DNA from: a virus
Taxonomy: Duplodnaviria; Heunggongvirae; Uroviricota; Caudoviricetes
DNA: 64,000 nt
Virus record (IMG/VR): IMGVR_UViG_3300002834_000024
Span: 160,001 to 224,000 of that record
Strand: one strand, 5' to 3'
Part shown: positions 32,018 through 42,518 of the stretch, piece by piece
Layout: every line of letters starts with the position of its first letter
Numbering within the stretch: position 1 is the first letter of the stretch
Made by a program: the position numbers and the translations under genes
The notes under the pieces: generated by a model
What the model was told of the DNA's origin: nothing
What the model saw: only the letters and a program-made list of their open reading frames with translations
Databases searched by the model: none

Positions 32018-33749
32018 ATTGTACTTTCCAAATATTACTTGAATTAAGTCTTTCAAGGGTTAATTTACCAGGTTCTAATCTATCAAAATATTCTGTTATT
32101 TCATATAACAATTCTAATCTATCTTGTTGGCTAATTTCATTATATTCATCTTTCCAAACACAGCCAGGATCTGTATAAGTTTGGCATGGTGTTCTATCAT
32201 TAATCACCCTATATATTTGCCAGCGTAATTCTTTCCATTCGCATTGAATATTAAATTTAATATATCTAATGGTTGGATGAAGTATTGCAATTCTATTTAG
32301 ATATATTTTATAAATTTCATCAAAATTTTGTTTGAATTTGTGTATTCCATTTGTACAAAATAAATTATAAACATCTCTATCTATACCCCATAAACGACAC
32401 ATATTTACATCATAATACTCCGCACATGTATCTAAATCCAAATCTGTTTGTGCATTTGTATAAAATCTAATAAGATACATAGCATCTCTCATATCTAAAC
32501 ATGTTCCATCTGGTTGTTTATCTATACATTCATCTCCATCAATAGTTGGTTCTGGAATACCAGGTAATTGTGGCCAGGCTGGTCGCCATGTTCCATGAAC
32601 AAATTTTGGAAATACACAATCTAATCTTCTTTGTTGTTTGCTTTGATCATCAATCCATGTACTATCAGGATTATTAATGAATGGTGGGTTTTGGCAACTG
32701 GAATGTTGTCCCCTAAATAATATACAAGATTCATATCTATCATCTTCCTTTTTGATTTTAATAGATAATCTTTCATGTACATATAAGTGAAAATATGGGC
32801 ATGTATAAACATCAAATTCCTCATCATCTCTTTTTAATGAAAACCAACTAACATTTGTTGTTTCTACACTTCTAACCAACATATCTTCATCTAATCTGAA
32901 TTTTGCAGTTGGCTTACTTCCAATAGCAAATGAAACCCTCAAATCTATTCCCTCACACTTATCATCTTCTTCTATAGTAACACATGGTTTGTATTTTCTT
33001 TCTGTATCAAGTGCGATTAATGTTCTTGTTTGTAATCTTACTCGTCTAAAATCATCTTCTTTTAAAAGATAACCCTTTACTAATATTTTATATGATTGTG
33101 AGTAAAATCGTCTTGCCTCCAAATCATATTTACTTTCATCAGTAATACTTTTTAATTCCATTGACATAAATTGTCCTTGAACTCGAATGTAATCTTCAAG
33201 CGATTTAAAGCGATTTAAGACTATTGTAGCAAAATTGTTAATGTTATCTAGCTTTGTTGAGAAAATGCTTACAGTGTAGTTTAAATCAACGCACATGGGT
33301 TGTTTCATCTCAATCCTATCCACGCTTTCAATTCCATTTTCAATAACTGGAATATATCCAACTGGCCAATATTGGTTATCTTGGGGAATATTAAAACCAC
33401 CAACACCTTGTTGTGTTCCTTGTTGTGGGTTTAATTCCCTACTTATTGTTTTGAAATTTAACAATAAACCACCCTCCGAATCGTTGATTTTCCACATTTT
33501 AGAAAATTCAGAAAGTCGTTGACTACTTAGCAAAAAATGAGTGGATAATAGATTACCATCATAAGAACATTCAAGTGCAGTTTCGACCCACTCATTAAAA
33601 GCTGCATCTATATCTTTTAATGATATAGTTTTCGGTATGTATCCCTGCCCAACAAAACTTTCCAACGCAAGTTTTATTCTTCGGTCTAGTCCATAACTGG
33701 GTTCGGTTAATTGTGTGTAATTTATATTGTTTTTCCCTGAATTTATCAT
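31977..33749 (-). CDS. Putative structural (tail completion-like) protein, 590 aa
   Basis: Long ORF; TATTTAT motifs upstream on the minus strand; function inferred only. Confidence 0.5.
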   Translation of the reverse strand: MINSGKNNINYTQLTEPSYGLDRRIKLALESFVGQGYIPKTISLKDIDAAFNEWVETALECSYDGNLLSTHFLLSSQRLSEFSKMWKINDSEGGLLLNFKTISRELNPQQGTQQGVGGFNIPQDNQYWPVGYIPVIENGIESVDRIEMKQPMCVDLNYTVSIFSTKLDNINNFATIVLNRFKSLEDYIRVQGQFMSMELKSITDESKYDLEARRFYSQSYKILVKGYLLKEDDFRRVRLQTRTLIALDTERKYKPCVTIEEDDKCEGIDLRVSFAIGSKPTAKFRLDEDMLVRSVETTNVSWFSLKRDDEEFDVYTCPYFHLYVHERLSIKIKKEDDRYESCILFRGQHSSCQNPPFINNPDSTWIDDQSKQQRRLDCVFPKFVHGTWRPAWPQLPGIPEPTIDGDECIDKQPDGTCLDMRDAMYLIRFYTNAQTDLDLDTCAEYYDVNMCRLWGIDRDVYNLFCTNGIHKFKQNFDEIYKIYLNRIAILHPTIRYIKFNIQCEWKELRWQIYRVINDRTPCQTYTDPGCVWKDEYNEISQQDRLELLYEITEYFDRLEPGKLTLERLNSSNIWKVQFKPGFEDQIPNIL

Positions 33750-33943
33750 TTTTTAATTATTTTATTTAATATTGTATATATTTTTTCCTCAATATTTTCA
33801 TTATATTTTATGTAATATAATTTAACATTGTTTTCCATACATAAATAGTTTTTTAAGGTGTCATTATTTTTGGTATATAGTAATTTTTTATCACCCCCAA
33901 ATCCAATTATTTCTTCAAAATGTTGAACACCTTGACATTCAAT
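33746..33943 (-). pseudogene. C-terminal remnant of a Vsr/DUF559-type homing endonuclease
   Basis: Translates IECQGVQHFEEIIGFGGDKK...NDTLKNYLCMENNVKLYYIKY, matching the C-terminus of 15787..16728; no start codon at the 5' end, in-frame stop immediately upstream. Confidence 0.8.
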
Positions 33944-34052
33944 TTATAAATATAAATACAACGTTTAACAGAATTAAGAAAAATATATTATTATTGGTAA
34001 TGTTAAAACATTTTTTTTTTATATCTATTTATGATTGAAAAAGAATAAAATT

Positions 34053-34844
34053 ATGCTTTATAATACCATTTTTATATCTAGAAAATTTAATTTTGATGGA
34101 ATGTTATGGATGCGATTAACTAATAATACAGGTAGCCCATTTAATGCTATATCTGGATATTCATTTGATCATTTATTTAATGTGGCATATAGTTCTGGAT
34201 CTCCAAAATTAACATCTGCTGTTGTTGAACGTTCTGGTGGAACTGTTACTAATGTTAAAGGTACAGGTAATTCTATACTTGGTTTTTCGGTTGCAAATGG
34301 TGAAAGTTGTGTAATTAGGTTTTCATGGGTTGATGGGTTATTTGTTTTATATGGTTCTGATACAACAAATCATTATAGAAATATTGTTACAAGTGCTGGG
34401 TGTAAAATATATGGTAATTATGATATACCAACATGGTTTATGTATAATTTGTTTAAAGATTGTGTAAATTATGTTCAAGACCCAAATGATATATTCGATA
34501 CATCCCAATTACGTCCCAATAATATAGGTAATTATGTTTTTCAAAGAACATTCAGTGGTTGTACACGTTTAACAAATGCTGTTATGCCAGATGCAACAAA
34601 TTGGACACCAGGAAGTATTGGAGCTCCGTTTATTATTGATACATTTACTGGATCATTTCCATCTCTAGCATCAACCTTAACATTAAAAGGTGTTTTGTGG
34701 GTTACAACAGTATTTAATACAAATAGTATGGGTATTGATAATAATCGAATTACCAATATAAAAGTTGATCCAGGATTGGTAGGATTATATCAAGCAAGTC
34801 CTAACTGGTCAAATATTTCAGATAGTAAATTTATAACTTGGTAA
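34053..34844 (+). CDS. BspA/LRR_5-like repeat protein
   Basis: MYNLFKDC, GNYVFQRTFSGCTRLT and C-terminal IKV...LYQASPNWS cap. Confidence 0.55.
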   Translation: MLYNTIFISRKFNFDGMLWMRLTNNTGSPFNAISGYSFDHLFNVAYSSGSPKLTSAVVERSGGTVTNVKGTGNSILGFSVANGESCVIRFSWVDGLFVLYGSDTTNHYRNIVTSAGCKIYGNYDIPTWFMYNLFKDCVNYVQDPNDIFDTSQLRPNNIGNYVFQRTFSGCTRLTNAVMPDATNWTPGSIGAPFIIDTFTGSFPSLASTLTLKGVLWVTTVFNTNSMGIDNNRITNIKVDPGLVGLYQASPNWSNISDSKFITW

Positions 34845-34845
34845 T

Positions 34846-35295
34846 ATGAAAAAAATATTTTTAATAGTATGGCAGTTACCACAATATTTAATTGGTTATC
34901 TTGTATTGTTGTGGTTTAAGTTATTTTATAAAAACAGATTGACAAATATTGGCGGGGTAAGATGTGATGATTATAAAAACATTGTACCAGTTATGTACAC
35001 TTATCGTGCAAAATGGATGGGTGGTAAATATATGGCATTTTCACTTGGTCCACACATGTTCCTTATTTATGATGATTTATATAGTGATGTTACAAAGATG
35101 CGAAATAAATTGATAACAGCAATATCACATGAATATGGTCATTCCGTACAATCTATGTATTTAGGTTGGTTATATCTTATTATTATAGGTATTCCATCAT
35201 TTATTACTGCTCCAGTAACAAGGAAAATCTATACAGAAGAATGGGCTGAATCTATTGTCTTCAATAAAGAAGTTCGTGCTTCAAATTATATATAA
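34846..35295 (+). CDS. Membrane-associated HExxH metallopeptidase-like protein
   Basis: HEYGH, downstream E-x-W-A, hydrophobic helices. Confidence 0.65.
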   Translation: MKKIFLIVWQLPQYLIGYLVLLWFKLFYKNRLTNIGGVRCDDYKNIVPVMYTYRAKWMGGKYMAFSLGPHMFLIYDDLYSDVTKMRNKLITAISHEYGHSVQSMYLGWLYLIIIGIPSFITAPVTRKIYTEEWAESIVFNKEVRASNYI

Positions 35296-35309
35296 AAAAA
35301 TGTAAACAA

Positions 35310-35612
35310 ATGAAAATAAAATTAAACGAATTAAAAAATATTATTAAAGAAATGGTTATTAATGAACTTGAAAGAATTAATGACATTCTTGAAGATAATA
35401 ACTTTTATAGTATTGAGTATGGAAATGGTAAATACCATATTACAATAAAAAACAAAGCATTGTATTTAGGTCTTTTAATAAAATATCCATCAGTCAAAAT
35501 GAAAAAAGATAATCAGGGATTATATCACATTGATTTTTTGTATGAGGATATGACTAATTATCAAGAATTAATAGATTTTTTGAAAAGATATTATGTAAGA
35601 TATTCAAAATAA
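35310..35612 (+). CDS. Hypothetical protein with ELKNIIKE N-terminus
   Basis: ORF; shared N-terminal motif. Confidence 0.6.
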   Translation: MKIKLNELKNIIKEMVINELERINDILEDNNFYSIEYGNGKYHITIKNKALYLGLLIKYPSVKMKKDNQGLYHIDFLYEDMTNYQELIDFLKRYYVRYSK

Positions 35613-35623
35613 AATATAACAAA

Positions 35624-35926
35624 ATGAAAATAAGATTAAGTGAATTAAGAATTATTATTGATGAAACTGTTAAAGAAGTAATTAAGGAAAGTCAACCAGA
35701 AGATTTTTATCGTGCGATTGGGGCTACCCATCTAAATTATCATACTATAAATGATGTATTGGAAGATTATCTTGATGGTGTCATTGATGATTATACAGCA
35801 GCACAAGCATTAGCTTATGGAATAGATGTTCCAATGGATTGGGATGATGCTATGATACTTCTTGATGAATGGGATGCAGGTGTATATGACGAAATTCCAA
35901 TTCTTGATAAATATCCCGATTCTTAA
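35624..35926 (+). CDS. Hypothetical acidic protein with ELRIIIDE N-terminus
   Basis: ORF; shared N-terminal motif. Confidence 0.6.
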   Translation: MKIRLSELRIIIDETVKEVIKESQPEDFYRAIGATHLNYHTINDVLEDYLDGVIDDYTAAQALAYGIDVPMDWDDAMILLDEWDAGVYDEIPILDKYPDS

Positions 35927-36447
35927 TTAGTTTTTGTATAAAATCTATCTTTTAATTCCCTTAAAACATCTTTTGGGTTATTGATAATATCATATTCCTT
36001 AAACCTGATTAATACAAAGTTATTATAAGCAGCCCACTCATTTTTTGCTTTATCTTTTTGTATTTGTCTTTTTTGATTTTCATAAATTGGTTCTGGATAT
36101 ATTCTTGGATCAGAGTGCCAAAATTGTCCATCTATCTCCAGTAGGGCATCAATTTGCCCACCATCTTGTGTTAATATGGCAAAATCATAAACAAATTTAG
36201 CTGGTGTAAAAAATTGATGAATATATTTTATTCCTAACTTATCCAAAAAATTTCGCATAAAAGTATATTCCAGTTTTGAACTGGTAACTCTACTTTTTAA
36301 CATTTCATCCATATCTTCTTTGGATATGGAATTTTTTTTATTTATCCAAAAATCAATACTTTTAGGTATTGGTTGTTTAATAGTCTTTACCTTTTTAGTA
36401 GGTATTGGTTTTGGAAAACAAACATCAACTTTTTTTGGAAGTTTCAT
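35923..36447 (-). CDS. DUF559/Vsr-like endonuclease
   Basis: SKLE, YDFAI, LEIDGQFWH, KD-x-x-KN, LIRFKE motifs. Confidence 0.8.
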   Translation of the reverse strand: MKLPKKVDVCFPKPIPTKKVKTIKQPIPKSIDFWINKKNSISKEDMDEMLKSRVTSSKLEYTFMRNFLDKLGIKYIHQFFTPAKFVYDFAILTQDGGQIDALLEIDGQFWHSDPRIYPEPIYENQKRQIQKDKAKNEWAAYNNFVLIRFKEYDIINNPKDVLRELKDRFYTKTN

Positions 36448-36482
36448 CTAATTAGGTACATTTACAAATAAATATAATTAAT

Positions 36483-36665
36483 ATGGAAAAGGTTTTTGTG
36501 GTTTTAAGTAAAAATGGTATTTTTTTAGGTGTAGATTCTAATAAGAAAGGTGCGCTGAAATTAAAGAAAACATTTTGTGAGATACATCCAGAATGTATTG
36601 GTGGTATTACAGTTAAGGAAATACAAATTAAAGAAATGTATTTTGGAACTATAAGAATAATGTAA
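36483..36665 (+). CDS. Hypothetical protein
   Basis: Short ORF heading a co-oriented run. Confidence 0.45.
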   Translation: MEKVFVVLSKNGIFLGVDSNKKGALKLKKTFCEIHPECIGGITVKEIQIKEMYFGTIRIM

Positions 36666-36668
36666 AAC

Positions 36669-37157
36669 ATGACTGTTGAAATTAAAAAGAAGATAGAAAA
36701 GCAAATTCAAATGTATTGTAATCTCAATAATTTGGATATTAATGACTATGTTAATGATTTGATACAGAAACTTGTTACAGCAGACATATATGGGCAAGTA
36801 CCTGATTTTGTGAAATTGACCGAAATGAAACAAGAAGTAAAGGAAGAAAAAAAATCACAAAAAGAGGTAGAAACACTTAAAACAGAGTTAAATGAAAAGA
36901 ATAATAGAATAGATGAATTAAATATTCTGGTAGAAGAATTAAAAAATAAAAAGCCAATTGAAATAATAAAAGAAGTTTTTGTTGAAAAAGAATCCACAAA
37001 AGTTTCTGAAACTACTATAACAACAGAAAATACAGTAGTTAAACCTGAAAAACCGCCTATAACATATGATTTTTCACAGTTTAATTCAACAACAACTGTA
37101 TATGAAGAAGAAATTGAGGAAAAGAAATCAACTAAACCTAAAAAAAGAAAATTATGA
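36669..37157 (+). CDS. Hypothetical coiled-coil protein
   Basis: ORF, Glu/Lys-rich. Confidence 0.6.
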   Translation: MTVEIKKKIEKQIQMYCNLNNLDINDYVNDLIQKLVTADIYGQVPDFVKLTEMKQEVKEEKKSQKEVETLKTELNEKNNRIDELNILVEELKNKKPIEIIKEVFVEKESTKVSETTITTENTVVKPEKPPITYDFSQFNSTTTVYEEEIEEKKSTKPKKRKL

Positions 37158-37381
37158 TAAAACCGAAACAATACAAAGGATATAGTGTTGAAACTAATAA
37201 CCTGTTGATTGGATATTATGTTGAACTGCGGAAATGTGGTGGTAAAGATTGTAAATTATACCCCTATATAATTAAACCAGGTATGTATGTTCTTAATATG
37301 ACATATTGGGGTTTACGTGATTATCAAATAAATCCAGATACATTAGAAGAATATGTTGGTGATATAATTAACGAAAATTAA
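37154..37381 (+). CDS. Hypothetical protein (YopX N-terminus-like)
   Basis: KG...GYYV...INPDTL pattern; ATGA overlap. Confidence 0.5.
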   Translation: MIKPKQYKGYSVETNNLLIGYYVELRKCGGKDCKLYPYIIKPGMYVLNMTYWGLRDYQINPDTLEEYVGDIINEN

Positions 37382-37388
37382 AATAGAT

Positions 37389-39794
37389 ATGACAGAATTT
37401 TCAAGACAAGGAAAGTATATAATTCGATGGAATACATTTGCATGGGATTATTCACGTGAAAATGAGAAAAAGATAATTGATGCTTTTTCCAAAAAGTATA
37501 ATATACCTAAATCACAAATAAAGGTAGAACCAAATACTATTGTTGTTGATGATAATGGTAAAGAAATATCAATAAAAAGCGAAGTTATTGATAACATTCA
37601 AGACAAAACATTTCAGCAGAAATTATTTCAAGATTATATCAAAATGAACAATATTGAAAATATTAATTTTGATGAAATTTTGAAATTTGATAATGAGGTT
37701 AATGATCAAATAGATTATACACAATATGAAAAATTATCTAAAATTAATGTGAAATGGATTGAATTTAAAAATTTCCTTTCATTTGGTTCTGAATTACAAA
37801 GATTAGAGTTTACTACATTGAATGGAATTGTTTTAATCAATAGCACACCAGTTAATCAAGCTGGTAAAACAACAATCTCATTAGAACTCACAAGATTTTT
37901 ACTCTATGGAAAAACATCTAAATCAAAAACACTTGATAAAATTTTTAACAGATTTTTGAAAAATGAAACCGAATTAATTGTTCGTGGTTGTGTTTCAATA
38001 AATGGTGATGATTTTATAATTGAACGTATTATTACAAGACCTAAAAAACGAAGTGAAAAATCAAAAGCAAGCGGTATTGTAAAATATTATAAAGTGATTG
38101 ATAAGACATGGAATCCTGATGAACCACTATTAGATTATGATCCATTAACTTTTGATGATAAATCGGGAGATGTTAATGCAACCAACAAGATTATTAAAGA
38201 ATCATTGATGAAAGAAAGCGATTTTGAATTAATAAGTATTGCTGATTCAAAATCATTAGATGCTTTAATTGATACAGGTGAGGCAAATTTATCAAAGATT
38301 TTCAGTAGATTTTTGGGAATTAATATATTAGAAGATAAAGAAATAATTGCTAAAAATATTTGGAAAGAAAAATCATCAAAACTTTTATCTAATCAATACA
38401 GTACAGATAAATTGGTAGAAGAAAACATTGAACACAAACAAAACATTGAAACCAATAATAATGAAATAACATTAAAGAAAGACAAAGTATCTATTTGTGA
38501 TGAAAATTTAAAAAGATATGATAGTGAAAAAAATAACATATTTGCCACCAAGGGAAAAGTTGATGAATCTCTTGTTAAATTGGATATTCAAACACAAGAA
38601 CAATCAAGAAGTTTTTTAATTGAACAAGGAAGGGGTTTACGTGCCGAACAAAAGACATATACGGATAAAATTAATGAATTGGTAAATATAAATGTTGATA
38701 AAAATTTAGTTGAAAATAATAGAAGATTTATTTTAAATTTAACATCTGATATTGCAACAATTAAAACCGAAATAAAAAATTTACAAAACGCAAATTCACA
38801 ACTTGAAAATTCAAAGGTATGTCCAACCTGTAAAAGAGATTATGATAAACAAACAATCTCACAGATTGAAGGATGTATTTTTGAAAATAGTCAAACAGTA
38901 GATAAATTAATACAACAAGGAATTGAAAAAAACAATCAGAAGCAAAATATTGAAAATCAAAATACAAATCTTGAAGAACAACTTAAAAAGGTTGATGAAA
39001 GAAACAAATACGAATTAAAGTTAGCACAAGTAAATGTAAATATTGCTAATACAACAAACCAGTATTTACAGGTTGATCAACTGATTAATAATTATCAAGC
39101 AAATAGAGATGCTATTGCACGAAATAATCAGATTGATATTTCCATCAATAACATCAATATCAAGATTAAGACAGAAAATGATTTACGAGATACCTTATTG
39201 AGAGAGATTGCACAATTAGATAATATTAATGTACAATTATCAAATAACATTCAAAAAAATGATGATATAATAGGAAAATTATATATCGAAAATGAATTTA
39301 TAAGACATTATAAACTTTTCTTAACACTTTTAAGTAAGGATGGTATCAAAAAAATCATATTGAGAAATGTATTACCAATTATTAATAGTTCAGTAAGTAA
39401 CTTATTGGGTGATTTAGTAAATTTTGGTGTCGAAGTAACAATAAGTGATAAAAATGATATTGGATTTTCAATCATAAAAGAAAATGAAAGTGGTGAAAGT
39501 GAATATGGTGATTTAACAAGTGCTTCTGGTTTTGAACGTACAATGTCAGCATTAGCATTAAGATCTGTTCTTGCCAAATATTCTTCTATACCATCACTTA
39601 ATTTTGCATGTATGGATGAAATTACAGCAAGGACTGGATCTGAAAACTTTGGTGTTCTTTTTGAAATGTTTCAAAGAATTGAATCCGCATATCAGTTCAT
39701 ATTTGTTATATCACATTCAACTGAATTTAATCAATATTTTGATAATATAATAACAGTTATTAATGAAAAAAATATAAGTAGAATAAAGTCATGA
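37389..39794 (+). CDS. Rad50/SbcC/gp46-like recombination ATPase
   Basis: FKNFLSFG, Walker A NQAGKTT, zinc hook CPTC, signature ASGFE, Walker B CMDE, ISH. Confidence 0.92.
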   Translation: MTEFSRQGKYIIRWNTFAWDYSRENEKKIIDAFSKKYNIPKSQIKVEPNTIVVDDNGKEISIKSEVIDNIQDKTFQQKLFQDYIKMNNIENINFDEILKFDNEVNDQIDYTQYEKLSKINVKWIEFKNFLSFGSELQRLEFTTLNGIVLINSTPVNQAGKTTISLELTRFLLYGKTSKSKTLDKIFNRFLKNETELIVRGCVSINGDDFIIERIITRPKKRSEKSKASGIVKYYKVIDKTWNPDEPLLDYDPLTFDDKSGDVNATNKIIKESLMKESDFELISIADSKSLDALIDTGEANLSKIFSRFLGINILEDKEIIAKNIWKEKSSKLLSNQYSTDKLVEENIEHKQNIETNNNEITLKKDKVSICDENLKRYDSEKNNIFATKGKVDESLVKLDIQTQEQSRSFLIEQGRGLRAEQKTYTDKINELVNINVDKNLVENNRRFILNLTSDIATIKTEIKNLQNANSQLENSKVCPTCKRDYDKQTISQIEGCIFENSQTVDKLIQQGIEKNNQKQNIENQNTNLEEQLKKVDERNKYELKLAQVNVNIANTTNQYLQVDQLINNYQANRDAIARNNQIDISINNINIKIKTENDLRDTLLREIAQLDNINVQLSNNIQKNDDIIGKLYIENEFIRHYKLFLTLLSKDGIKKIILRNVLPIINSSVSNLLGDLVNFGVEVTISDKNDIGFSIIKENESGESEYGDLTSASGFERTMSALALRSVLAKYSSIPSLNFACMDEITARTGSENFGVLFEMFQRIESAYQFIFVISHSTEFNQYFDNIITVINEKNISRIKS

Positions 39795-40138
39795 AAACAC
39801 AAAAACGATTTTTAACAGCATTAAACCCAACTAAAAGCAAATTGAATTTAGTAACCAATTATGGTTATAATTTTATAGGTATATTAGATAGTCAAGATCG
39901 TAAAATTATAACACCTGACAAAATTATTAATAATATCCCTTCAAGGTTAAATAAGTATTTTGAAGAAGATTATACATATTGGTGGTTTGTTAATACATAT
40001 GATACAATAGAAGAAGCAAAAATTGGATATAATGAAAGACTTGATTATTTGATACGATACGCTCAAGAAAGTCAGATACATCCATTAAAAAAACAATTAG
40101 CGGAAGAAAATATGTCTAAACATAAATTTATAATATAA
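39791..40138 (+). CDS. Hypothetical protein
   Basis: ORF with ATGA overlap. Confidence 0.55.
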   Translation: MKTQKRFLTALNPTKSKLNLVTNYGYNFIGILDSQDRKIITPDKIINNIPSRLNKYFEEDYTYWWFVNTYDTIEEAKIGYNERLDYLIRYAQESQIHPLKKQLAEENMSKHKFII

Positions 40139-40139
40139 A

Positions 40140-40964
40140 ATGAAATTTTTAATACACATAGCGGATATACATATAAAACAGAACCGCTTACATACAGAAT
40201 ATAAAGAAATTCTTACTAACTTCATTAATGATATTAAACCATTTGTTGAAGCAAATAAAGATGATGTTGCTATTCTTATAGCAGGTGATTTAGTAGATAA
40301 TTTTACAAACATTACAAATGAATTAGAAATTCTTTTGGCATGGTTTTTAAAATCATTGGATAACATTTGTCCTGTTATGATAATTGCCGGAAATCACGAT
40401 TTAACAAGGAGTAATTTAACCAAAATGGATACTTTAACTCCATTATTCACATTGATAGATTTTAAACAGACTACATATTTGGATATGGTGACTGAATATA
40501 AATCTGGGTGTATTGAACTTGATGATAATATTGTATTAGCATTATATTCAATATTTGACAATTACAAAAGACCAAATATTGAACAAGTAAATGGATCTGG
40601 TAAAAAAATCATTGGTTTATGTCATGGACCTGTTATCGGGACTAAAACTGATATAGGATTTACGATGGATAAGGGGATTAAATCAGATATATTTACAGGT
40701 TGTGATATGGTTTTACTTGGGGATATTCATAAACAACAGTTATTTTATAATAATGACAATGTACCAATGTATTATCCAGGTTCATTAATTCAACAAACAT
40801 CAGGCGAAACTACAAATAAACATGGATGGTCAAGTATAAACTTATCTAATTTAGAAATCGAACACCACGAGGTTGAAAACCCATATAAAACATATAAGTT
40901 TGAGATTAGTAGCATTGATGATCTTGATAACAATTTAGAGGCTTGGAAAAACAAGGGGGTATGA
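40140..40964 (+). CDS. Mre11/SbcD/gp47-like metallophosphoesterase nuclease
   Basis: ADIH, AGDL, GNHD, CHG, LGDIH, YPGS motifs. Confidence 0.92.
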   Translation: MKFLIHIADIHIKQNRLHTEYKEILTNFINDIKPFVEANKDDVAILIAGDLVDNFTNITNELEILLAWFLKSLDNICPVMIIAGNHDLTRSNLTKMDTLTPLFTLIDFKQTTYLDMVTEYKSGCIELDDNIVLALYSIFDNYKRPNIEQVNGSGKKIIGLCHGPVIGTKTDIGFTMDKGIKSDIFTGCDMVLLGDIHKQQLFYNNDNVPMYYPGSLIQQTSGETTNKHGWSSINLSNLEIEHHEVENPYKTYKFEISSIDDLDNNLEAWKNKGV

Positions 40965-41146
40965 CAAAAAGATATTATCAAAGGTGGATTGATTCTGTTA
41001 AGGAATTTCAACTTCTTCCAACAGTCGAAAAAAATAGATGGTGCAGTTATTGTGGGTGTACTGGCGGTTGTAATATGTGTGAAGATTTAACAAAATTGGA
41101 TTTATCAAATCCCATAACTTATGAAGAAGAAAGTAAATATTTTTGA
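40961..41146 (+). CDS. Small Cys-motif protein
   Basis: CSYCGCTGGCNMC; ATGA overlap at 40961. Confidence 0.55.
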   Translation: MTKRYYQRWIDSVKEFQLLPTVEKNRWCSYCGCTGGCNMCEDLTKLDLSNPITYEEESKYF

Positions 41147-41400
41147 CGGTTATACTATATATAATTGGAAAAAATATTTATGAAATGATAGATTGTAAGG
41201 TGAATAATATATTCAAAGTATTACTTTTAGATGATTTTAGAATTGAATTACCAATCAATATTGAATTTGAAATTGATGACAATATTTCGTTAAATGGAAA
41301 AATATATAGAATAATTAGAATATCTCATTTTTTTGAAATTGTTTCAAATGGAGATGGGGTTATTTTAAATAAAATATATCACACAAGAAATGGTATCTAA
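41143..41400 (+). CDS. Hypothetical protein (possible start ATG 41185)
   Basis: ORF filling an operon gap. Confidence 0.45.
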   Translation: MTVILYIIGKNIYEMIDCKVNNIFKVLLLDDFRIELPINIEFEIDDNISLNGKIYRIIRISHFFEIVSNGDGVILNKIYHTRNGI

Positions 41401-42133
41401 TAAAGGAAAAAAGTTATGTATAATGATAAGTGAATATGATGAAAATGTAAAAAGGTATTTTGATAGTATAGCAAAATATAAACCATTAACACTGAAAGAA
41501 GAAAAAAAAATATTTAAAAGTTTCAAGGAAACTGGGGATGTTAATTTACGAAATAAACTTGTTCAATCCAATTTAAAATGGGTTGTTGAAGTGGCAAATA
41601 AATACAAAAACAAAGGTGTTGATTTTGGAGAATTGATATGTGAAGGAAATGATGGTTTGATGATTGCTATTGAAAAATATGATCCAGTTAATTTTGACAA
41701 TAAATTTTTTACTTATGCTAACAGTTGGATTAAGTACAAGATAACTGATAGAATAAAAAGAGAATCATTTTTGAGTGAAAACGTTGATAGAGATTTTCTT
41801 ATTAATGTTAAAAATCTTGAAGATAAAGAAGATGATAATAAAACTGTTACATTAGATGATTGGATAAATAATATTCCTGATTTTGTTTATGAAGATAATA
41901 TTAGGCGAGAACACAGTTATAAGAAAACAGTAAATGATTTATTTTCAGAACTGGAAACATTAGAGGTTGATATTCTGAATATGTCTTATGGAACCAATGA
42001 CAGTGATATTTATACTCTCAAAGAAATAAGTGATAAATATTCTATTAGTCAAGAGCGAGTTCGTCAAATAAGAGATAAAGCATTTATGAAAATGCAATCA
42101 ATGGCATTAGAAAAAAATATTACAATGGATTAA
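41390..42133 (+). CDS. Phage sigma70-family RNA polymerase sigma factor (likely start 41423)
   Basis: Region 1.2 YFDSIAKYKPLT, region 2 LVQSNLKWVVEVANKY...EGNDGLMIAIEKYD...FFTYA-x-x-WI, region 4 TLKEI...SQERVRQI. Confidence 0.9.
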   Translation: MVSNKGKKLCIMISEYDENVKRYFDSIAKYKPLTLKEEKKIFKSFKETGDVNLRNKLVQSNLKWVVEVANKYKNKGVDFGELICEGNDGLMIAIEKYDPVNFDNKFFTYANSWIKYKITDRIKRESFLSENVDRDFLINVKNLEDKEDDNKTVTLDDWINNIPDFVYEDNIRREHSYKKTVNDLFSELETLEVDILNMSYGTNDSDIYTLKEISDKYSISQERVRQIRDKAFMKMQSMALEKNITMD

Positions 42134-42158
42134 TTATGAATAATAAATTTTAAAATAT

Positions 42159-42518
42159 ATGTTAGATAAATTAAAAGGTTGGTTTGCGGAAAATTATTTT
42201 TGGATAATTACAATTTTTATTGCAATTCTCTGGATGAATGGATGCAATCAGACAAACAAACAAATTAAAATTAATGACAAGTTAGTTAAACATAATATTG
42301 AGTTGGTACAAACATTGGATTCATTAAAAAATCTTATTCCAACACAAGAAAAAATTCAATTAATGATGGAGATTAGTAGTTATGAAACATCAGAAAATAT
42401 GTTGAATGATTATAATGACTTTGCAAGGTCAAAAGCAAGCCCTACTGAAAGATCGAGATATTATCAAAGTAAGAAAAATGCAGCAACCGAGAAGTTAAAA
42501 AATTTGAATAAAGAATGA
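42159..42518 (+). CDS. Membrane-anchored hypothetical protein
   Basis: N-terminal transmembrane helix followed by Cys. Confidence 0.55.
   Translation: MLDKLKGWFAENYFWIITIFIAILWMNGCNQTNKQIKINDKLVKHNIELVQTLDSLKNLIPTQEKIQLMMEISSYETSENMLNDYNDFARSKASPTERSRYYQSKKNAATEKLKNLNKE

Noticed and set aside
13021-34844. Diversity-generating retroelement acting on receptor-binding genes
   Set aside because: No reverse transcriptase and no template/variable repeat pair seen in this window.
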